DNA of 64,000 nucleotides from Pseudomonadota bacterium (GTDB lineage Bacteria; Pseudomonadota; Gammaproteobacteria; UBA1113): NCBI GenBank assembly GCA_021782495.1, contig JAJXUV010000001.1, positions 374,637 to 438,636 of the forward strand, read 5' to 3'. Shown piece by piece: positions 60,754 to 64,000 of this stretch (position 1 is its first letter; each line of letters starts with the position of its first letter). The notes under the pieces were generated by a model. It saw only the letters and a program-made list of their open reading frames with translations, ran no database searches and was not told where the DNA came from. The position numbers and the translations under genes were made by a program.

Positions 60754-61284
60754 TTGTTGCCAGAACACATCACTACTCAGGGCCCGCTTAACGAATGGGA
60801 GCAAATGAATATCCTCGAGGCCGAAGAATGGGTTAATTCTCTTAATTTAGCATCGACTGAAATATTATCTATGGATTTTATAAAAAAACTACATAGAAAG
60901 ATGTTTTATAAAACTTGGATTTGGGCGGGTAATTTTAGAAAAACTGATAAAAATATTGGGACGCATTGGCCAAATGTTGCAGTTGAAACAAAAATTTTAA
61001 TGGATGATGTCAAGTATCAAGTGAATCATAATACTTACTCAAATCTTGAGTTAGCAGTAAGATTTCACCACAGACTAGTTGCAATTCATCCATTTCCCAA
61101 TGGAAATGGGCGGCATGCTCGTATGATGACAGATATTTTCTTATTATCACAAGGAGATAAAAGATTTTCATGGGGTAGTCAAAGCTTAGTAAAAGAATCG
61201 CCTGTGCGAAAAGAATATATAAAATCATTGCAAGGAGCAGATAAAGGGAATTGTGATTTATTGCTGAGATTTGTTGAATCATAA
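60754..61284 (+). CDS. Fic-family protein (mobile mystery protein B). Putative AMPylating toxin-like enzyme.
   Basis: Fic motif HPFPNGNGRHARMM at about 61090-61130. The conserved N-terminal ...ATPLDPDEAEGLLPEHITT is encoded in-frame upstream of the TTG at 60754, but no in-frame start is available. An ATG at 60696 lies in the -1 frame (MVDFSYAEAQLH then stop). Confidence 0.8.
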   Translation: MLPEHITTQGPLNEWEQMNILEAEEWVNSLNLASTEILSMDFIKKLHRKMFYKTWIWAGNFRKTDKNIGTHWPNVAVETKILMDDVKYQVNHNTYSNLELAVRFHHRLVAIHPFPNGNGRHARMMTDIFLLSQGDKRFSWGSQSLVKESPVRKEYIKSLQGADKGNCDLLLRFVES

Positions 61285-61378
61285 AGATTTTAAGGAGAAT
61301 AGCGATACTCCTGGTTTTTCCTAGGCGTCTTTTTCTTCAAAAGAGTTCATTGTCTATTTTAATATATATACAGGTGCT

Positions 61379-61888
61379 TTGTGTATTGAGGCGCCTAATA
61401 TCTTGTATATGAGTAAAGATCCACTGTATGGGGAAAATCCAACGTATATGGAGTCACTTAAAGCTTGCCTTTCATCAACGCAGTTTAATAAGGGGCGTAT
61501 AGGATTTCCGAATTTTTTTATACCTTTTCAAACGAGAAACGCGCATGCTGCCAAGATGATAGAAGCAAATACATTTGAAGAGATAAGAGCAATAGCACCG
61601 GAAGCGCTTCAGAGCGAACCCCGCCTTGGAAGAAATCCGTTTGTTAGAGAATGTTATGAAATAATGGGCAATAGTTCTTCAGCGCTGGAAGCTGTGCGCA
61701 ATTTATCAGAAGGCTCTCCTGGAACCGAGGAAATATTAGGCGAAAACACTCATCGAAAATATGCAGATTATTGTCCTCCTTTTCTTAATGAATATTTCAA
61801 TAAGTTCGTGGAAAATTTTGGTGGCAGATATGAGTGTGGATTGCCTCCTTTACCAGAAGAGAATCCGGGCAATCACAAAAGGATATAG
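61379..61888 (+). CDS. Hypothetical protein
   Basis: 169 aa with no recognisable motifs. It sits between the Fic module and rpmF, where yceD normally lies, but it is not YceD-like. The likely start is the ATG at 61409. Confidence 0.4.
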   Translation: MCIEAPNILYMSKDPLYGENPTYMESLKACLSSTQFNKGRIGFPNFFIPFQTRNAHAAKMIEANTFEEIRAIAPEALQSEPRLGRNPFVRECYEIMGNSSSALEAVRNLSEGSPGTEEILGENTHRKYADYCPPFLNEYFNKFVENFGGRYECGLPPLPEENPGNHKRI

Positions 61889-61972
61889 CCTTCTTAAGTG
61901 TTTAAAGAGATTTTCTGCGAATATTTCTGTAAGTATTTGATAAATAAAGATTTTTTACAAAAATATAAAAAA

Positions 61973-62027
61973 TACCATCTGGCGATGGTATTTTGTGGTT
62001 CATTATACCATCCAGAGATGGTATTTT
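61973..62027 (+). terminator. Two tandem hairpin-plus-T-run structures with identical 7-bp stems (taccatc...gatggta). Putative tandem terminators.
   Basis: First: taccatc-tggc-gatggta-tttt at 61973-61994. Second: taccatc-caga-gatggta-tttt at 62006-62027. They lie after the hypothetical gene and upstream of rpmF. Confidence 0.4.
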
Positions 62028-62123
62028 CAGTTAGCTATCTCAAAGCATCAAACTTTGACACCCTCCCCAAAAACAGGTAGAATCCCCCTCAATTTCGCAA
62101 CATAATATATTTAGGAGCACGCC

Positions 62124-62321
62124 ATGGCTGTACAACAAACCCGCAAATCACATTCTAAGACTGGAATGCGCAGAGCGCATGATGCCTTAACGGGCCCCAG
62201 TTTATCCACTGACGCATTCACAGGCGAATTACACAGACGTCACCATGTGACCAAAGAAGGGTACTATCGAGGCAAAAAAGTATTGGCAGATAAATCCTTA
62301 GAAGCAGAAGGCGAAGAATAA
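62124..62321 (+). CDS. rpmF: 50S ribosomal protein L32
   Basis: 65 aa. [27 protein letters not shown]...[14 protein letters not shown] is the canonical L32. SD aggag 7 nt upstream. Confidence 0.9.
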   Translation: MAVQQTRKSHSKTGMRRAHDALTGPSLSTDAFTGELHRRHHVTKEGYYRGKKVLADKSLEAEGEE

Positions 62322-62486
62322 CCATCTTTTGGGCGTGTTTACATTTCGCTAGGCTGCGGAGGAATTCATTGATTTTCGAGCACCGTAGCGGAGTTTATTT
62401 GGCATAAATGAGCAACGGAGCACAGAAAATCGATGAATCACGCCCAGCATAGTAGAAATGTAAGCAGGCCCTAGGAGATATTTACT

Positions 62487-63509
62487 TTGATTACTGTCGC
62501 TCTAGATGCTATGGGTGGCGATCACGGGCCTCGGGTTGTGGTTCCCGCGGCGCTCAATGCTTTAGCCGCTTATCCACAGTTGTCTCTCATTTTAGTGGGA
62601 GATGAAACCGTATTAAATTCTTTAATCCGCAAAAAAAACTACGATGCGCAGCGTTTGCGTATTCATCATACTAGCCAATCGGTGGCGATGGATGAGCCAC
62701 CAGCTCAAGCGCTTCGCTATAAAAAAGATTCCTCCATGCGAGTGGCGATTAATTTGGTGAAAGAGGGGGCCGCCCAAGCTTGTGTGAGTGCAGGCAATAC
62801 GGGCGCTTTATTGGCCACAGCCCGTTTTGTGTTGAAAACATTGCCGGGTATCGATCGACCTGCTTTAATTGGATTGATGCCCACCGTCGTGAATCGTACG
62901 ACCATCGTGCGGGTATTGGATTTGGGTGCCAACATTGATTCTACGCCTTCGCATTTATTACAGTTTGCCGCGATGGGACACATTGTATCGCATGCGATCG
63001 ATGGTGTTGCAAAACCGCGCATTGCCTTACTCAACATCGGCGAAGAAGAAATCAAAGGCAATGAAGTGATTAAAAATGCTGCCAAATTATTTGCCGCACA
63101 ATCTTCCTTACATTATGTCGGATTTATCGAAGCCAATGATTTATTTTCCGGAAAAGCCGATGTGATAGTCTGCGATGGCTTTATTGGCAATATTGCTTTA
63201 AAAGCCAGTGAAGGTACTGCTTACATGTTGTTACAATTTTTTAAACGGGCTGTGAAAGAAAGTTGGCTCGCGCGATTGGCCATTCCTTTTTTATTGCCGG
63301 TGTTGAATAAAACCAAAAAACATTTCGATCCTGCGCGTTACAATGGCGCTTCTTTATTGGGATTAAATGGTGTTGTGATTAAAAGCCATGGCAACGCAAA
63401 AGAAGTGGCTTTTAGAATGGCGATTCTACAAGCTTTAAAACAAGTGGAACAAGATGTTCCTTCGCAGATTGCCAGTCGAGTGGAAGTGATGTTGTCTAGG
63501 GTCTGTTGA
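62487..63509 (+). CDS. plsX: Phosphate acyltransferase PlsX
   Basis: 340 aa. ITVALDAMGGDHGP N-terminus. TTG start. rpmF-plsX-fabH synteny. Confidence 0.9.
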   Translation: MITVALDAMGGDHGPRVVVPAALNALAAYPQLSLILVGDETVLNSLIRKKNYDAQRLRIHHTSQSVAMDEPPAQALRYKKDSSMRVAINLVKEGAAQACVSAGNTGALLATARFVLKTLPGIDRPALIGLMPTVVNRTTIVRVLDLGANIDSTPSHLLQFAAMGHIVSHAIDGVAKPRIALLNIGEEEIKGNEVIKNAAKLFAAQSSLHYVGFIEANDLFSGKADVIVCDGFIGNIALKASEGTAYMLLQFFKRAVKESWLARLAIPFLLPVLNKTKKHFDPARYNGASLLGLNGVVIKSHGNAKEVAFRMAILQALKQVEQDVPSQIASRVEVMLSRVC

Positions 63510-63546
63510 CATTGGGGTTATCGAAGCGAAGAATGAGGGAATCGAG

Positions 63547-63593
63547 ACAAAATGGTAGTAAATTTGAGGTGACGAAAATTTACTACCATTTTG
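63547..63593 (+). other. Long perfect hairpin (18-bp stem) in the plsX-fabH intergenic region
   Basis: acaaaatggtagtaaattt-gaggtgacga-aaatttactaccattttg. No T-run follows on the + strand. It may be an RNA processing or attenuation element. Confidence 0.4.
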
Positions 63594-63664
63594 ACCGGTT
63601 CTACTCATTTTGCAGCCGATAAACCTAATGTTAACAGGCCCTTTAAATACAGGAGAGAATCAAG

Positions 63665-64000
63665 ATGGTGTATAGTCGTATTCTGGGAACGGGAAGTTAT
63701 TTGCCTAAAAGAGTGGTCACCAACGATGAACTCGCGCAGACAGTCGATACCAACGATGAATGGATCGTCACACGGACGGGTATTCGATCGCGTCATATTT
63801 CCGATGCAGAAGAAACTTCATCTTACATGGGTTATCACGCGAGTTTACGTGCTTTGGAAGCGGCGCAATTGAAAGCAGAAGATTTAGACATGATCATTGT
63901 GGCTACCACAACACCCGATAAAGGTTTGCCCAACACCGCATGTTTGTTGCAAGATCGTTTGGGGGTCACATATATTCCTGCTTTTGATATCACCGCTGCT
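63665..64000 (+). CDS. fabH: 3-oxoacyl-ACP synthase III (5' part; gene runs off the window end)
   Basis: From the ATG at 63665: [45 protein letters not shown].... This is the canonical FabH N-terminus. SD aggagag upstream. Confidence 0.85.
   Translation, partial: MVYSRILGTGSYLPKRVVTNDELAQTVDTNDEWIVTRTGIRSRHISDAEETSSYMGYHASLRALEAAQLKAEDLDMIIVATTTPDKGLPNTACLLQDRLGVTYIPAFDITAA

Noticed and set aside
1-64000. CRISPR arrays, tRNA/rRNA/tmRNA/RNase P genes, IS elements, integrases or prophage genes
   Set aside because: I scanned every intergenic gap longer than 100 bp. I found no regularly spaced direct repeats, no tRNA T-arm or acceptor patterns, and no transposase or integrase ORFs in the six-frame track. 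The insertion claims rest only on composition and synteny breaks.

Overview
This is a chromosomal window from a low-GC gammaproteobacterium. GC is roughly 40% by eye. Gene content (a Sel1-repeat giant protein, a Fic module, a LuxR regulator) and housekeeping synteny suggest a Legionellales- or Coxiella-like organism, but this is inference only.

Region 1-16.2 kb is an LPS/O-antigen-type sugar cluster with two branches.
- GDP-mannose/fucose branch: fcl, manC and manB, with three SAM methyltransferases and GT2/GT4 glycosyltransferases.
- dTDP branch: rfbA, rfbB, a WecE-like 4-aminotransferase and a sugar N-formyltransferase. These sit next to an ArnC-like undecaprenyl-phosphate GT2 and a GtrA-like protein.
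- A pgi gene is embedded in the cluster.

Region 16-50 kb is mostly housekeeping. It holds an msbA-like ABC exporter, a FadL-family outer membrane protein, surA-ksgA, priA, yihA, polA, hemW, an M50 protease, a DAACS symporter, an MFS transporter, rsmJ, a PTPS-family protein, rpiA, rsmD, two M16 peptidases, rpmB-rpmG, gyrA and an NCS2 purine permease. Accessory items are interleaved: two DUF4143 AAA ATPases, each with palindromes upstream; a split FUSC gene pair; an isochorismatase-family hydrolase; and a LuxR regulator in an AT-rich islet.

Region 50.8-55.8 kb holds a decayed CheY-like receiver gene followed by a 1420-aa Upf1/DNA2-like SF1 helicase fused to a long Sel1-repeat array. This is the top candidate for something undescribed.

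Region 55.9-64 kb holds prmA-accC-accB-aroQ, a bioC-like gene, a Fic (mobile mystery protein A/B) module behind a ~190-bp extremely AT-rich junction, then rpmF-plsX-fabH.

I found no rRNA, tRNA, CRISPR array, transposase or integrase.

Two dispersed repeat families are visible. The first is a 13-mer, GTCAACARGCCCT, present in 5 copies including the inverted ends of a ~160-bp MITE-like palindromic element. The second is a hairpin repeat, GTCATCCCTGCGnAAGCAGGGAT, present in 3 copies.
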